A stretch of 62,971 nucleotides of DNA, the filler included, from Rhabdomonas costata (lineage: Eukaryota), in the NCBI GenBank assembly GCA_019059605.1. It is 31 parts of 31 records of this genome, joined end to end, with 100 filler letters (N's around TTAATTAATTAA, not from the genome) between each part and the next. Parts side by side here need not be neighbours in the genome. Positions count along the whole stretch, not along the records: positions 12,211 to 14,145 come from JAHMHO010007216.1; positions 14,246 to 16,180 come from JAHMHO010007217.1; positions 16,281 to 18,211 come from JAHMHO010007218.1; positions 18,312 to 20,246 come from JAHMHO010007219.1; positions 20,347 to 22,281 come from JAHMHO010007220.1; positions 22,382 to 24,315 come from JAHMHO010007221.1; positions 24,416 to 26,349 come from JAHMHO010007222.1; 24 more parts are not named here. One strand, 5' to 3'. This document shows, in pieces, positions 12,218 through 25,011 of this stretch. The position numbers were made by a program, and so were the translations under genes. The notes beneath the pieces were generated by a model. That model ran no database searches. It was not told the DNA's origin and worked only from the letters and a program-made list of their open reading frames with translations. Every line of letters begins with the position of its first letter. The first letter of the stretch is position 1.

Positions 12218-13165
12218 TGGGACCAATCCGGTTTTGCGCTCACCAAAGAGAATAAATTCGATTTGCTCGTGGAATCAATTTGTCGCACAGTGAAGGCCTA
12301 CAGCAGATCAGTGAAAAGAGACGGAGAGAACTTGCTGTGCTGGCTGCTCGGAGTCGAAAAAGACGCACATTTTTCTGCACCTTCCCTGGCTGCTGTTTCT
12401 TTGGACATCGAGCGATGTTGTCGCCGTTCAGTGAGGCTTTTACGCTTTCCGTACAACAACTTTTCTCCCTATGCTGTCGTCGCCGTCCTGGGATTCCTTA
12501 ACAGGTTTCACTCTGGTGCATGCCCCGAGGACATTCTGAACGCTTTTCTCTCCGGTGCCATATCTATGAAATCCTTCTTTGAAGAATGGGTCGAGCATTG
12601 TGCCGCACTTCACGCCGAGTCCATCTCAGCACACTCGCCGTGGTCTCGACAGGAAACGCAAGTGGCTGTTTTTGTTTTCGGTGTTCGTGCTCTGGAGCAA
12701 CCACGGGAAGGATTCTCCACTGCCTGCAGGGTCCCTTCGATCTATTTAAAGGAGACTTTGGAGCAGCTTTGGACGAAATTTTCGCGTCGTCGGGCTGCAG
12801 AAACGTTACAGGCTGCCCGCGCGGATCAGCGCAGGGCAAGCCGTGAGGCTCTCCGTGCGGATCGTGTCCAGTGGTGTCTCAGTGCTCACAGAACTCCAAA
12901 ACTTTTCACTGCTGAAGAAGTCGCCGCACTGAATCGTGACAATCACGGTTCCGTTCCATTTGAACTCACGAAGTCGGGTTTGCTGAACCACCACTGTTGT
13001 TACCCCACTTGCCCCCATTACCTGGAGTGCCTTGCATCTCCGAATGATCTCAGAGGAAACCAGCGTCACGGGCTCATGAACCACCTCCAGTACAACGAGT
13101 TTGCCCACAATTATGTCGCCGGCTTTCACTTGGCAGCGAAAAAATTGGCGCGTAATGCCAGGTAG
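12218..13165 (+). CDS. Intronless hypothetical protein (>315 aa, 5'-partial) with a Cys/His cluster
   Basis: The frame is open from the contig start. Contains GLLNHHCCYPTCPHYL...RHGLMNHL, a possible Zn site. The frame continues past TAG 13163-13165 to TGA 13277-13279. Confidence 0.65.
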   Translation, partial: WDQSGFALTKENKFDLLVESICRTVKAYSRSVKRDGENLLCWLLGVEKDAHFSAPSLAAVSLDIERCCRRSVRLLRFPYNNFSPYAVVAVLGFLNRFHSGACPEDILNAFLSGAISMKSFFEEWVEHCAALHAESISAHSPWSRQETQVAVFVFGVRALEQPREGFSTACRVPSIYLKETLEQLWTKFSRRRAAETLQAARADQRRASREALRADRVQWCLSAHRTPKLFTAEEVAALNRDNHGSVPFELTKSGLLNHHCCYPTCPHYLECLASPNDLRGNQRHGLMNHLQYNEFAHNYVAGFHLAAKKLARNAR

Positions 13166-13387
13166 GAAGACTTTGTCGGGTTGATGAATCATCAGTTCCT
13201 GTCTTGCGGAAATTACTCTTCGTTGAGTGGCCGAACGGACCAACTACGTGCTGTTTGGCTCTTTTACAATCCCGCATGAAACCATGACCCGCTGCCGGGC
13301 ATAGCGCATACCATGTGTTACTAAGACCTGCTTTGTGGTGCTGTTCTTTCGGACATTGCAGTGAATCAATGATACTAGTGGTGTTTA

Positions 13388-13427
<40 letters not shown>
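13388..13427. repeat. (GCTT)10 microsatellite
   Basis: Read directly from the sequence. Confidence 0.95.
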
Positions 13428-13978
13428 TGGTTGGTCAATCCCTTCTGAACTCCCGTTTGTATCATGGTTTTGCTACGCTGTACTTCAATGTAGCGTTTGG
13501 GACCGAGTTTGTCCCCCTTTTACCAGTGGAGCCGTTAACTGGAACCCAAACAGTTGCGTTGGTTGCCCTTGTGCTGGTGCTAGAACAATCGGCTTTTGTT
13601 TTTCGCAGGCATCTGCAGGCGGAACACAGGTGTGTGTGCTGCAATTGGAATGCGGGGCGATGACTGGTGAAAAACATGGCACATGCCTGTCCTGCGGGTG
13701 GTGTTGAAAAGCAGGAGCTTATCCCTCTCTCCTTCCTGGAACGGATTTTTGCGGTTCAACTTGATCGGTCATTAGCCTTTTCCCTGAATTGCTGATGGTT
13801 TTGAAAAGGGTTTTCCTGTTTGGAATCATGCTACATTTCCCTGTCAGCATCTTTTCCTGCGGACCAACTGTGGAACTGAACAGCATGTTTAAGGATAACA
13901 TCGCGTATTTCAAGCCGTTATTAACCTGGTCAGGTGGATATTATTCTCCTGAAAGTTTGTTTTGTATTACTTTTTGGA

Positions 13979-14137
13979 TTAAACGTTTTGATCGCTGATT
14001 TGATTTGGAATGTCATTGTTTTTGTTGTCGTCTTTCTGGATAAGCAGGGTTCGATGCTCATCGACCACCAACTTATTGCGAAAGACGACAACAAAAACAA
14101 TGACATTCCAAATCAAATCAGCGATCAAAACGTTTAA
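13979..14137. repeat. Terminal fold-back inverted repeat (58-bp arms 13979-14036 / 14080-14137)
   Basis: Perfect arms at the contig end. Confidence 0.9.
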
Positions 14138-17100
14138 CCCAAAAANNNNNNNNNNNNNNNNNNNNNNNNNNNNNNNNNNNNNNNNNNNNTTAATTAATTA
14201 ANNNNNNNNNNNNNNNNNNNNNNNNNNNNNNNNNNNNNNNNNNNNGGGTTGTGGGGGGCTCATTGTTTCTTTCCCTATCCGTTTGTGTGCGAATACGCCC
14301 ATCGTTTGCTCGTGTGAACCTTAGGTTTTTTAGACTGCTGCTCCCAGAATAGCCGCTCGTAGTTTCTGTACGCCTGCCTGTGAGTTCTGTTATCCTTCAT
14401 CTGTCGCGGTATTGGAGTTGGCAGTGGTGCTTTTGGGCTTCTCTATGGTCTTCGTTCCTCGGGCTTCGGGATCCCGCGTTTCCAACTTCAAAGTACTCAG
14501 AATCGTTTTGTCTGACGTCTCCTATAGTTTCCCCACGGGTGGTTTACCATGATTATATGTTCCGTTGCTGACTCCTGCTACTGCTAGAACTTTTGTGCCG
14601 CAGTGATCAAACTTTTTCATTTCCTATTCCGTAATCTCTTCTCACTCCTCCCAGTGCACCATACTCTGCCTCAGCCCGTCTTCGTTGTGGGTTATCCTCG
14701 AATAACGTTCCCCCATGCCCTCCGTCTCTCTCTTCGAATCTCTCTCCTTACGCTGCTGTAGGGTGCCAGCGGTTTGGCCTGCATGCGTCTGTGGCTGGGC
14801 AGCTGAGCCGTCGCTGGAAGTGAGTTTGCTTCGGCTTCACACCCGTCCTCCTCTCTGTACGTTTGGGGGTCCTGGGCCCTTCTTCATCTGCCGAAGCAGG
14901 AGTTCCGTTCCCTTCTCTCCCTTTTCGCAAGGGTTGTTTTGAAACTCCCCCTACTGTTGGTCCCTCTCCGCAAAGGCGATCTATCCACTGTCTTTAAAAA
15001 AGTTGCAGTGGTTTCTCCTTCTGTATTTTTACCAGTTTATCGGCCTGCCTGCTCTGTGCTGACGGTGACGCTTCTCAGGTCCCTTCCGGAGACCTTCAGA
15101 CACCCTCCACCATTCGGGCGCGGTCTGTGCTGCGGCGCCTGTACCACTCCGATCCCTGCCTGGCGTACTGCGCTAAAGCTCTTCCCAAGCACCTGGGTCA
15201 GGGTTCACCAGGATGCAGTCCACAGACTCCGCAATTTTCCGAGACCGCCGGAAAAACGACAGCTTCCCCTCCAAAGCCGAAGAAAGCCCCGAAGTTGACC
15301 CGGAAGCAGATGCAAAAGTAAGCGCATGTTCCGTGCCCTGTTTCTACCCGAAAAGTGGAGTAGTCGTTTATTATTTGCGAAAGTTTCCTTGCGGTTTGAT
15401 CTCCCAAAATTAGCAAAATATCGTTTGACACTACGTGCAAACTCTCTGTCTCGCTCACTGGCTCTTGCAACGTGTGCTGCTTCACAGCCTTTATCCATTT
15501 CCTAACCCCCATGGCTGTAGGCGTTTTCTTTGACGCGGGACAGCACTCCCAAACGACTTGCAGTGCGCTGGGATGCAGACTCTCATTTTGCTGTGTGGGG
15601 CAGCAGAATTAGCAGAAGCGTTTTTTTGTTTTGCGCTCATAGAGATCCTAACTCTAATATTTAATACCCCGCGCACATTGGGGCTTGCTGTCGTTGTTCT
15701 TGTTGTGTCTTTAACAACAGGTTCGCAAACATAAAGTTGCAACCCTGAACTGCAAGGCAACCCCTCACCTCCCCCCTTTCCAACTGCACCACTATAAGGA
15801 GTGAAGTATGCTCATTTCGCAGTGAGGGGAATGCCATTAAGTGCCGAAACAAGCACCGGTCGACCATCCCCGACCATCCCCAAAATACTGAGGGAGGGAA
15901 GTGATATCGCCTTCTCATTCGTTCGGGGCTTACCCTCTGCGGGGCTCCCTCCCCCAAAATTGCATATCATGTGTCTGCCCGCACCGTCCATCACTTTGTG
16001 GGTTTCTATATATTTTTTTTTGCATTATCAGAATACAGCACTGGCGTCACAAAACAATTATTGCGGTCCAGGCAAGGTTTCGCATTAAGCGGAACAGGAC
16101 AGCGTTGATACGGTATCGCCACCCAACCGGTATGCGCTGGCGGAAGGGACTCACCCCCCAAACCACACACACCCACCACANNNNNNNNNNNNNNNNNNNN
16201 NNNNNNNNNNNNNNNNNNNNNNNNTTAATTAATTAANNNNNNNNNNNNNNNNNNNNNNNNNNNNNNNNNNNNNNNNNNNNAGGACGGAGCATCTACCAAG
16301 GAATGGAGCAGAGAATGGAAAGGGATGGCAAGGTCTTGGGATATTCTAATGGGACCACATTTTTTTTTGGCAAAAAGGCAAAATTGCAGAACTGGACGGG
16401 GTGTGGGGGTGAGATGAGGGCAGGTTACGCTCTACTGTGCAGTACCAGTCCTCTTCCCAACAATCATCCCATGAGCTTCCCACTCCGTAGACCACTCCGT
16501 GCATCTGCATCTTTTGACATATTCAACATGCTTTCTTGAGCACGACATCCCTGGTGGCAGAGGACCAGTTGGGGCCCATCCGGCCGCGGTGAAGGGCGCT
16601 GGTGGTGTGTGTGTGTGGGGGGGGGTGATAAAAAAGGTGGTAGCGGTGGTAGGGAGAGGAATGCAACAAATGGCTCTATGCGCAAAGCGTTTGAACGCAC
16701 GCCAGCTCTCTGTGCCAAGTGTTCCTAGTGTTCCAAGCGTCTAACCAGAACCGGAACGTACCAATTCGCCGGCTTTTATCTCTGACGGTTGCTCCTTCGT
16801 CCATGCACGAAATCATGCACGCACGGGAGGGGAACAAAAACCACCAAAAGGGGACGCCGGCAGCGCAACAACGAACTTGTGCTCGACAGCGAGAGCGCAA
16901 GTCATTTTGTGCCGCGGGGTTCTAATTCGGTCCAGTACAGAGGCCACCTGTTCTCAACCCCCGCCATTAGACGCCCCATTAGATGCAACACGGATTCGAC
17001 GTCTGGGATGGACCGCAAGCGTGACAGATTTGGCTCCGCGTATCGCTCCCTGAGCACGTGAACCTCCGCCTTATCTGCAATACTGAGAACTTCAAAAACG

Positions 17101-17770
17101 TACCAGCAGCAGTTACCAGTCAGTGGCGGCAAAGCTAAGGGTTCCACCAGCTGGATCTCATAACACCTTCACCGGTGTCTCACGAGACTCCAAGGGCGGG
17201 GTATTAGTCCTTGCAGCCGGCTTTTAATGGGATCCTATACTTCCCTTTGTGGAACGGAAGCAAACGGAAGCGCCCAGGAACTTGGGCCGCTCCGTTGCGC
17301 TCTGCGGGTCACGATATTTTTTTGTGGACAAACTCTTAGGAGAATACACTGCCTCTACACTTGGCTATAAAATCTTGCTCAAATTCCAGATTGAGTAGCG
17401 AACGCACGTGGGAGGTCCGAAACCATAGCTGCCCAAAAAGTGCGTATGCGACCGCAATCTGCAAGCATTAGCACTTGTAACGCACTTGTGAATGGCACGG
17501 TGGGGAGTGCAAAACAAATCTTCCCACCTACAACAAACCCCGAAAACTGTAGCCCTTTACAAAACTCGGCTGGAACCCAAAATCACTGACTCATGGCGAG
17601 TTCAAGGCGGGTTCATGGCGACAACACTCACGGGCCCCCACAGTCCCCGGCTCCACAAGCACCGCACAGCGCCATTTTCTAAATGGATAAACACCGCTTA
17701 AAAGAGGGAGAGAAAGACACTTAGAAGCAACAACCAAACACGCCCAAGGCAGCTGCAAAACACAGCAAAC

Positions 17771-17926
17771 CATTCGCAAGTTGACAAAGCCGGGGAAGTT
17801 CGAAAGGAGGTTCGTCAGCTGCGCCGCCGTTGTCTTGAAGGGCAGATTGAACAGCCCCAGAAAGTTGCTCGGCGGGGGCTCCGAGACGACCTTCCCGGCA
17901 CGCCAGCGGCTGAGCCGCACCTTACA
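17771..17926 (-). CDS. RRM-containing protein exon (RNP2 region resembles the U1A/U2B'' second RRM)
   Basis: AG/GT-bounded 52 codons: CKVRLSRWRAGKVVSEPPPSNFLGLFNLPFKTTAAQLTNLLSNFPGFVNLRM, compared with 'PPN.ILF..NLP.ET....L..LF.QFPGF..VR'. Further probable exons lie near 18075-18145, 16950-17075 and 16520-16600. Confidence 0.55.
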
Positions 17927-19523
17927 CTGCGCGAAGACACACGAAACCGCACATACACAGAGAACCCACTGAACGTTGGGGAAGGGCGGTCAACACAGAA
18001 ACCAATAGTGCAACTGACGCTGAGGGGTCGGGACTTTTGTTAAAGAATTCCGTTAAGGCGCATTCCCGCACCAGCCGCTCGCTCCGGCCGTGCCACGGAT
18101 TCGGCTTGGCGGCGCTTGCTTTCAACCCGAAATTCACATCGTCCTACTCGTCCGCCCAAATCCAAGCGAAAAGTGAGGCAGGATATGTTTTGAGATGCCA
18201 ACCAAACAACANNNNNNNNNNNNNNNNNNNNNNNNNNNNNNNNNNNNNNNNNNNNTTAATTAATTAANNNNNNNNNNNNNNNNNNNNNNNNNNNNNNNNN
18301 NNNNNNNNNNNGTGGGGGGGGTGTGGGTCATTGAGGGAGTGGAAGCACAAAGGCTGCACAGCTACTCCCCGTTTCCCTTGTAAGGTCATTTGTCATCTCC
18401 CTGCGCTTCAACAACATGTTACAAGTTGAACATTCGGTCAGTCATCAAGAAAATCCACTTTCGGGTCCACGTTGAACGCCTTCTAAAGTTGTTCCCCTGG
18501 GTCCCGGCGCTGATTTTAGCCCTCTCAGCTTCAGCTCCCCCAGCAACGCTTCCCAGAGCTCCGCAAACATCTCCATCACCCAGTCCACGGTATCCCTGCA
18601 CGAACACACACGTACACCGGCGTGGGAAGAAAAATCTGACGCAAAGTCATCCACACACATGGAAAGAGTGATGGGGTCACACGAAAAGGAGCCCTTTTGC
18701 AGCGCTGCCGCTCAATTTGCAGAAACAGGAGATGCGAGGGAAAGGGGATTCGGTATTGCTCTGCTTTTTCTCCGAATTTCTGGTGGGAAGATCGAGGGTG
18801 ACTTTACCCCCGGAAGGGCAATAAACGGTTGTGGTTGCTGTCGTAAACCCTCGCTGCGTGGGGCAAGAACCGGCGCAAAAGGGATACTATAGAGTCGCCA
18901 AGGACCAGAAAATTTTGACCCCAAGGACCAGCCACGCAGCGTTTCAAGACGCCGGACCCCAGGCCTGCGTCGGCTTCGCCCTCTTACCCAGAAGATTGCA
19001 AATTAACGTGACGGGGCGAAGGGCCAGCCCTCCGTGGGGCGGAGTGGACTGCGGTTGACCCCTCTGTTTAAATTGGGCATGACCTACCAGACGCATGAAC
19101 GTGAATTTAACAAACACAATTTCACTGGCATTGCAACCCCCCCCAAAAAAAAATCCTCTCTAACCACGCAGTCATTGAATTGAAGGTTACGTAGCACAAC
19201 CCACACGAACCGACAACATGAGCGCTGCAGTGGCAGCTCCAGCACACAGGTTGCGAAGTCCTCGCCCAGAAGCTGCACACTCCGCCGCAGTTCCTGCGTT
19301 CCCCCTCCCCCCAATTCCACCACAAGGCAACGCCGCGCCCTCAGATTGCAGCGGCAAAGAAGTATGGTGGTATGACGAAAGGTTTTCTTCCATTTTTTCC
19401 ACCATCCTTGCATTTTCAACCCTATGTGACATAAACAAAGAACCCATTCCCAATTAAGGCAGTGGTGCCATGGCCCTTTCCCAAAAAGAATTCCAATTTC
19501 CTGCAATTCCATCTTGCTGCGAC

Positions 19524-19649
19524 CTGGCCGTTCACTGCCGAAGTCCTCTCCGCCGCAGCCAGAGCCTCCCGCAGCCGGGCAGCCTCTGCGCGGCTGCTCT
19601 GCAGGTTGTCCAACAGGACTTCAACACAGCGCCCGCCCGAGGGCTTCTC
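19524..19649 (-). CDS. Exon of a multi-exon coiled-coil protein
   Basis: AG/GT-bounded EKPSGGRCVEVLLDNLQSSRAEAARLREALAAAERTSAVNGQ. Neighbouring blocks ELHRLEQQQLRR..LRVEINSLLQS (~20003-20116) and ELRRSVQLLGEDFAT (~19250-19293) are on the same strand. Confidence 0.45.
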
Positions 19650-20352
19650 CTGCGGCAGCAAAACAAAATCGTCTCAACAGGTCCTGGGGAGCCGGGAAGA
19701 AGTGGGGAGCGCCAAGGTCTTCGATCCACGTACGACAGCGAGGCCTTCTCAAACATACCAAAGCGAAAAATAACGCAAGCCCAACAGGAGCTCAGGTCCA
19801 GTATCCGGTGCTTGCCCGTTTTTGCAACGCCGCGGGCAGGGAGGCGGTGCGGTTGCAATCATGATAACAAGTGGGAATCATCAACTATATTATTATGGTG
19901 GTGGTGGGAGCTGCAACGAACGTAAATCGCCCCGGCGAGATCCAAAATCAAATCCAAAAGAGCTTTCATGCACGGTTCGGGGGAAAGCAAGCAGTAAGCG
20001 CCTTGGAGGAGCGGCTCTGTGAGCTCTGCAGAAGGGAATTGATCTCCACTCTGAGCGCAGCCTCGTCAGGCTCTAGGGGCCGGCGAAGCTGCTGCTGCTC
20101 CAGGCGATGCAGTTCCCTGACAATGATAATTTGGTGAGCATAGAGGCAGAGTCATGCATCCCTTCACGAGGGATTTCATAACGTCACATTGTCCAGCGTT
20201 CAAAGTCCGGCGCACACAACGCAAATACAAAGGTAGAGGAGCGCGTNNNNNNNNNNNNNNNNNNNNNNNNNNNNNNNNNNNNNNNNNNNNTTAATTAATT
20301 AANNNNNNNNNNNNNNNNNNNNNNNNNNNNNNNNNNNNNNNNNNNNGTGTTG

Positions 20353-20487
20353 GTGTATCCACCAGTGATCCAATGGTTGCGGGCCCCGAGAATAAGCTGG
20401 GCTTCACACCGGGTCAAACGGATCCCAGATAGCAATTTACACGGTCCTCGAATGGGCCAGCTACCATTGGATCACTGGTGGATACAC
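20353..20487. repeat. Terminal fold-back inverted repeat (25-bp arms 20353-20377 / 20463-20487)
   Basis: Perfect arms at the contig start. Confidence 0.85.
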
Positions 20488-22441
20488 GCAACGCCTTCAA
20501 CCAAGTCAGTCTCCAGGCATGTTGCCAGCACCTTGCTGACATCGACCCACTGTTAGATGCTTGGTCCCTCTGATCTCTCTCTCTCTAGGCTTCAGCGATG
20601 ATAATCAGCGGAGGCTTCACTTTTAGCGCCACCACGGTAGTGCTTCAAGGAGACCCACCCAATTCTCCGTGGACTTGGCCTGGAATGAGCTGACCAGGAC
20701 CTATGGTAAATGGACGACGTGGGGCAAAACGCCTAAACCCAAGGAGTAAAACGCGCTTTTCTCTACTTAAAGTAGCAGCTCACCACCATCGGGGCCCTAA
20801 AAGCGGCACAGTGGCAAGCGGTACGACGCATGGCCTGAAATTCTCGGAGCCTGCCTTGTTTGGATTCAGCACAACGCACAGGCGAGACCAGTGAAGGAAC
20901 TGAACGATTGGTGCGGGGTGGGGGCGTGAACACGCTTGAGACCATCATCGGGCATCCGCCAACTCCGGCAGCAGGCCGTCCAACACGGTGAACTGAGCAT
21001 TAGCGACCCCAAAACAACTGTTTCCACCGCTCGTCTTGCGATGCTCAGGAGCGGCGGCGACCACATTCATTAGCGGAGCGAAAAAACAACGCTCAAAGCA
21101 ATTCTACGCGCAGCAATGCGGGAAAACAAAGCCGACCGTGCCACCACCCAAGCCTCACTTACGGCATGTCTGGACGCTCCAGCTTTCACGCGGCAACTGC
21201 AGCACAATTCTTCGCAAGCTTGGGGAAGGGGAAGCCAAAGGAACGCCTGCTGTCTCATCTTTCCCTGCGCGCAACCATTTCCGTTTTAGGCTTTGGTCTT
21301 TTCTCGCCGCCCGCCTTTGGGGGCTTGGCAACCATCTCCATCTGCCACCAAGGGCCTCTACCTATCAACGGCAACAGGGTCAACATGATCAATCGGACGG
21401 TTTAGTCCCCCCGGGGACTTTTGCGGGCCATCTTATTGGGTTGGGTTTGGCCCAACCTTTGGCCACTGCGGCCCCGAAGCTGGAAGGTTTCCGGAAGGGG
21501 GGATGACCGCGCGGAGAGAGGAAGCCGGACCGGGGTCGGGATAAACATGACCTCAGACTCGGTTTCCAACCAGGTTTACCGCGGCGGCGCAGGCTTAATG
21601 AAAGCGAAGTTGGGATGCGGCGCCCATCCGCCAGAGGTTGGGGTAGAAGGCCGAAGTCTTCGTTCCCCGGGCCATCACGGGACCCCGCCCGCCCGCCAGT
21701 TGGTATAGCGCCGCCGTGGAACTTCCGTTCGGTACGGACTGCTGGTGGTAGTCGGGAAAGGGAACTCTAGACACATCTGGGGGGTTTCTCGGGGCCAAGG
21801 ACGATGATGAAAGAGCGCTGATTCAGGGCCCCGGGGAAACCGTTTCGACATAACACGTCCAGCACCGGTGCGGGCACCGGCAGAGGCACCCAAGAGAAAG
21901 TAAGCGCAACAGCGACGGACGGCCAACGGACATACGAATCACGAAATCTGAATACCGACAAAACCCGAAAAACCAAAGTATTGTGAGAAGCCACGCGAAG
22001 AGACATGGGCAAATGCGAACCATTAACCCGAGGGAATCCCAGCGGAAGCCAAGATGTAAGAGCAAGCAAGTACTCGGTATGGCCCAACCCATAGTCCTAT
22101 TAGGTTACATCTGGTGCAGGCTAATGCTCCGTTGCAGTCGTTTGACAAAAGAAAATTTCCAGCAAGGTGGCTGTAATATTTTCTGGGGAACGTTTTCTGG
22201 GGAGGACTCGAGGTCCAATTCCCCCACCTTTTGACGGGGCATGGGCCTTCACACCACACACAGGCATCTCAACCAAAACAANNNNNNNNNNNNNNNNNNN
22301 NNNNNNNNNNNNNNNNNNNNNNNNNTTAATTAATTAANNNNNNNNNNNNNNNNNNNNNNNNNNNNNNNNNNNNNNNNNNNNGCACAACCGTCATGCACAT
22401 TTTGACGCGTGCGCTGGCAGTTATTGGGCTTCGCCACGAAC

Positions 22442-24163
22442 CTCGCCGATGTCGCAGTCTCCAGCAGGTGCGCGACACTGTGTCCCTGCTTCCGACTTGG
22501 CATCTTCAGGGCAGGCGTAGCTGGTGCCGTCGCACACCTGAAGCGAAGCAAGAAAAACTTCAACATGGAGCAGTGGGGTGGATCTTTTTTTGGAGAGAAA
22601 TTCCTTCCACTTGCTGATCGGAGGCCGACTTTCTTCACTGAGTTAATATCCTTCCCCTCCTTTCCTCCTCAGTAGACAGCGTTGGTGCCCCCTTGGTTCC
22701 CTGAGGTGTTCTCTCTCGCGAATACCCTGGGACAGGCCAGTGGATTTCCTTGTGGGGCCAAAAGGGGCCCAAGGGACGGGGTGTGAATGCCGGCGCTCTT
22801 AAAGCGCAGGGGGGGGGACCTCAGCGTCGTCGCAGAGGCCAACGGAGGCTCGGCACACGGTGCCCCTAGAGACTCGCTCGTCCAGCCCGCACTCCGCAGA
22901 GAAGCCATCGCACATCTCGGAGATGTCGCAGCCCCCCAGCGAAGCCCGGCACACGGTGCCGTTGGCCAGGAGGCTGTCCTCGGGGCAGACGTTGCCCACC
23001 CCAGTGCAGAGCTCCTCGGGGTCGCAACCACCCTGGGAGGCTCGGCAGACCTTTGTGGACGGGGCCTTCGCGTCCGGGGGGCAGCTGCTCGAGGACCCCG
23101 TGCAGTATTCTGCAGAGAATCACAGGAAAAGAGAGAGGCAATGATACACAAATGATACACACGGAGGAAAAAGAAAAAGAAAAGAAGAGCAAACCTGCCC
23201 CAATTCTCATTCCAAGTCCCATGGCTCCCACCAACCGCGCATCGCACACAGCAAAGAGAGTTCAGGTCGGCACACCGTCCATCCCTACCACTTCATACAA
23301 AGATCTCACACAGTTCGGCTTGCAAAAGCTACCCTTCCAAATGCCATTCAATCCGTTCAAAAGCTATTCAATTGTGCGAAATATGGGGAGGGGTGTATAA
23401 ACACGCTTACCCCAAATCCGATATAAAAAAAGCGCAACTTCGTACTCTTGGCACACTTTGCTTTACCAGTCTTTAGCTTCACCCTCCCACTCCACGTTTA
23501 ACGACACACACCAGAGGGGTCGCAGTCCCCTTCAGAGACGCGGCAGACGCTGGAGTGCTGCTCGAACTTGCAGAAGCTGTCGCAACAGTCCCCAGGGGGA
23601 TCACACTCCTCGTGCTGGTCCAACACACCATTGCCGCACCACCCTAAAAAAACCCCACGTCGATACCAAGCAAGCCACAGAACCCTAAATGCCCCACACA
23701 TCGTGCATGATCGTTCCTCTTTCCCTTTCCGGGAAATGCTCTCCCAGAAAGTTCCCATCCGCCCCCCCCTTATGGGGACGCCTGAACGATCGACAGACGA
23801 CAGACAACGGCTTTCTCCGAGAGCACTGCGACACCACAACCCACTTCAGTTCACTTCCTCAGCGAAACCGGCTGTAGGAACTCGCGATTCAGAGCAGTTC
23901 CATAGAACTCCAGACAAAGCGAGCGAGAAGAACAGGAGAACAGGAGAACAGGAAAACATGTGAAGGGGAACGGGGCGATGGAGAAAAAGGTGATGCGAGA
24001 GTGCACTGAGACCAACTCCGTAGCAAGTTCCATTGTGGCAGCTGTCGTTGCGGGTCAGGCGGTTGCCACTGTTGCAGGGTGTCCACTCCGGAAGCGGCTC
24101 CACAGGGGGGCACTCCACAGACTCCCCAGTGCATGCCGTGGAGGCGTAGCACTGATCCATGGA
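22442..24163 (-). CDS. Cys-rich surface protein with tandem disintegrin-like repeats and a CGNG..EECD repeat, 4 exons, partial
   Basis: Exons from 24163, ~23644, ~23109 and 22537-22442 splice in frame: ..WCGNGVLDQHEECDPPGDCCDSFCKFEQHSSVCRVSEGDCDPSEYCTGSSSSCPPD..VCRASQGGCDPEELCTGVGNVCPED..VCRASLGGCDISEMCDGFSAECGLD..VCRASVGLCDDAEVCDGTSYACPED..CRAPAGDCDIGE. Confidence 0.85.
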
Positions 24164-24825
24164 CTGCACAAGGAGAGAAAGGCACACACACATACATAGC
24201 GGGCGGGGCAGAAGTGATAAGCCACCCACGAAGGACGTCCTCACCATTAGATAATCTCACACGACACATTTAGACACCAGGCAACAGTCACCGCGCAATG
24301 CGCCCAACACACACANNNNNNNNNNNNNNNNNNNNNNNNNNNNNNNNNNNNNNNNNNNNTTAATTAATTAANNNNNNNNNNNNNNNNNNNNNNNNNNNNN
24401 NNNNNNNNNNNNNNNTGTGGGTGGTATGTTTCCATCATAGTACCCCGGGCAGTCGCTGGCTGAGAGCCAAACTGCCTTAATGGCCTTGGAAGGTACCTGT
24501 ACAAATAGCAAAACAGCGGGGGGAGGGTCTTCTTCCAGATACCAAAGACAGCCACTTGGTGTTGCGTAGCTCATTTAAAGGCAATTAACAAAAGAAAGAA
24601 AGGAAATTAGTCAAAAAAATCAAGGCCAGCTCTACCCTGAAACTGAGAGATTAGTCTGTTGCCTGCGGACACAATGGAAAAAGCCCCCGGAAGCAAAGGG
24701 AAATATGATTATTCTGCATTTGTTTTGCTGCTTTTTCAATTAGGCCTTTTTGTGCATCCACCTTTTCCTGTGTTCACGTGTGTATGAGTGGGTGGGTGGG
24801 TGTGATGCGTTGTGTCTGTGCGTAG

Positions 24826-25011
24826 ATTCCCGAGGGCGGGGAGATCTATTACCTGGGCGTCATTGACATACTGCAGGACTATACTATGCGCAAGGGCCTC
24901 GAGACGTTCTTCAAGGGCATCCACCACCGCGGCACGGCGCAGATCTCTGCCGTTCCCCCCGATCAGTACGCCAGGCGGTTCTTTGACTATGTCTCCTCCA
25001 TTGTAGTGTAG
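24826..25011 (+). CDS. Phosphatidylinositol phosphate kinase (PIP5K family), last exon
   Basis: Follows AG 24824-25: IPEGGEIYYLGVIDILQDYTMRKGLETFFKGIHHRGTAQISAVPPDQYARRFFDYVSSIVV*. This is the classic 'YY.GIIDILQ.Y...K.LE...K...IS.V.P..Y..RF' tail. Absent from the supplied ORF track. Confidence 0.9.
   Translation: MPEGGEIYYLGVIDILQDYTMRKGLETFFKGIHHRGTAQISAVPPDQYARRFFDYVSSIVV

Noticed and set aside
20600-22281. GC-rich overlapping ORFs suggestive of a retroelement gag region
   Set aside because: Multiple stops and no recognisable zinc-knuckle, protease or RT motif.
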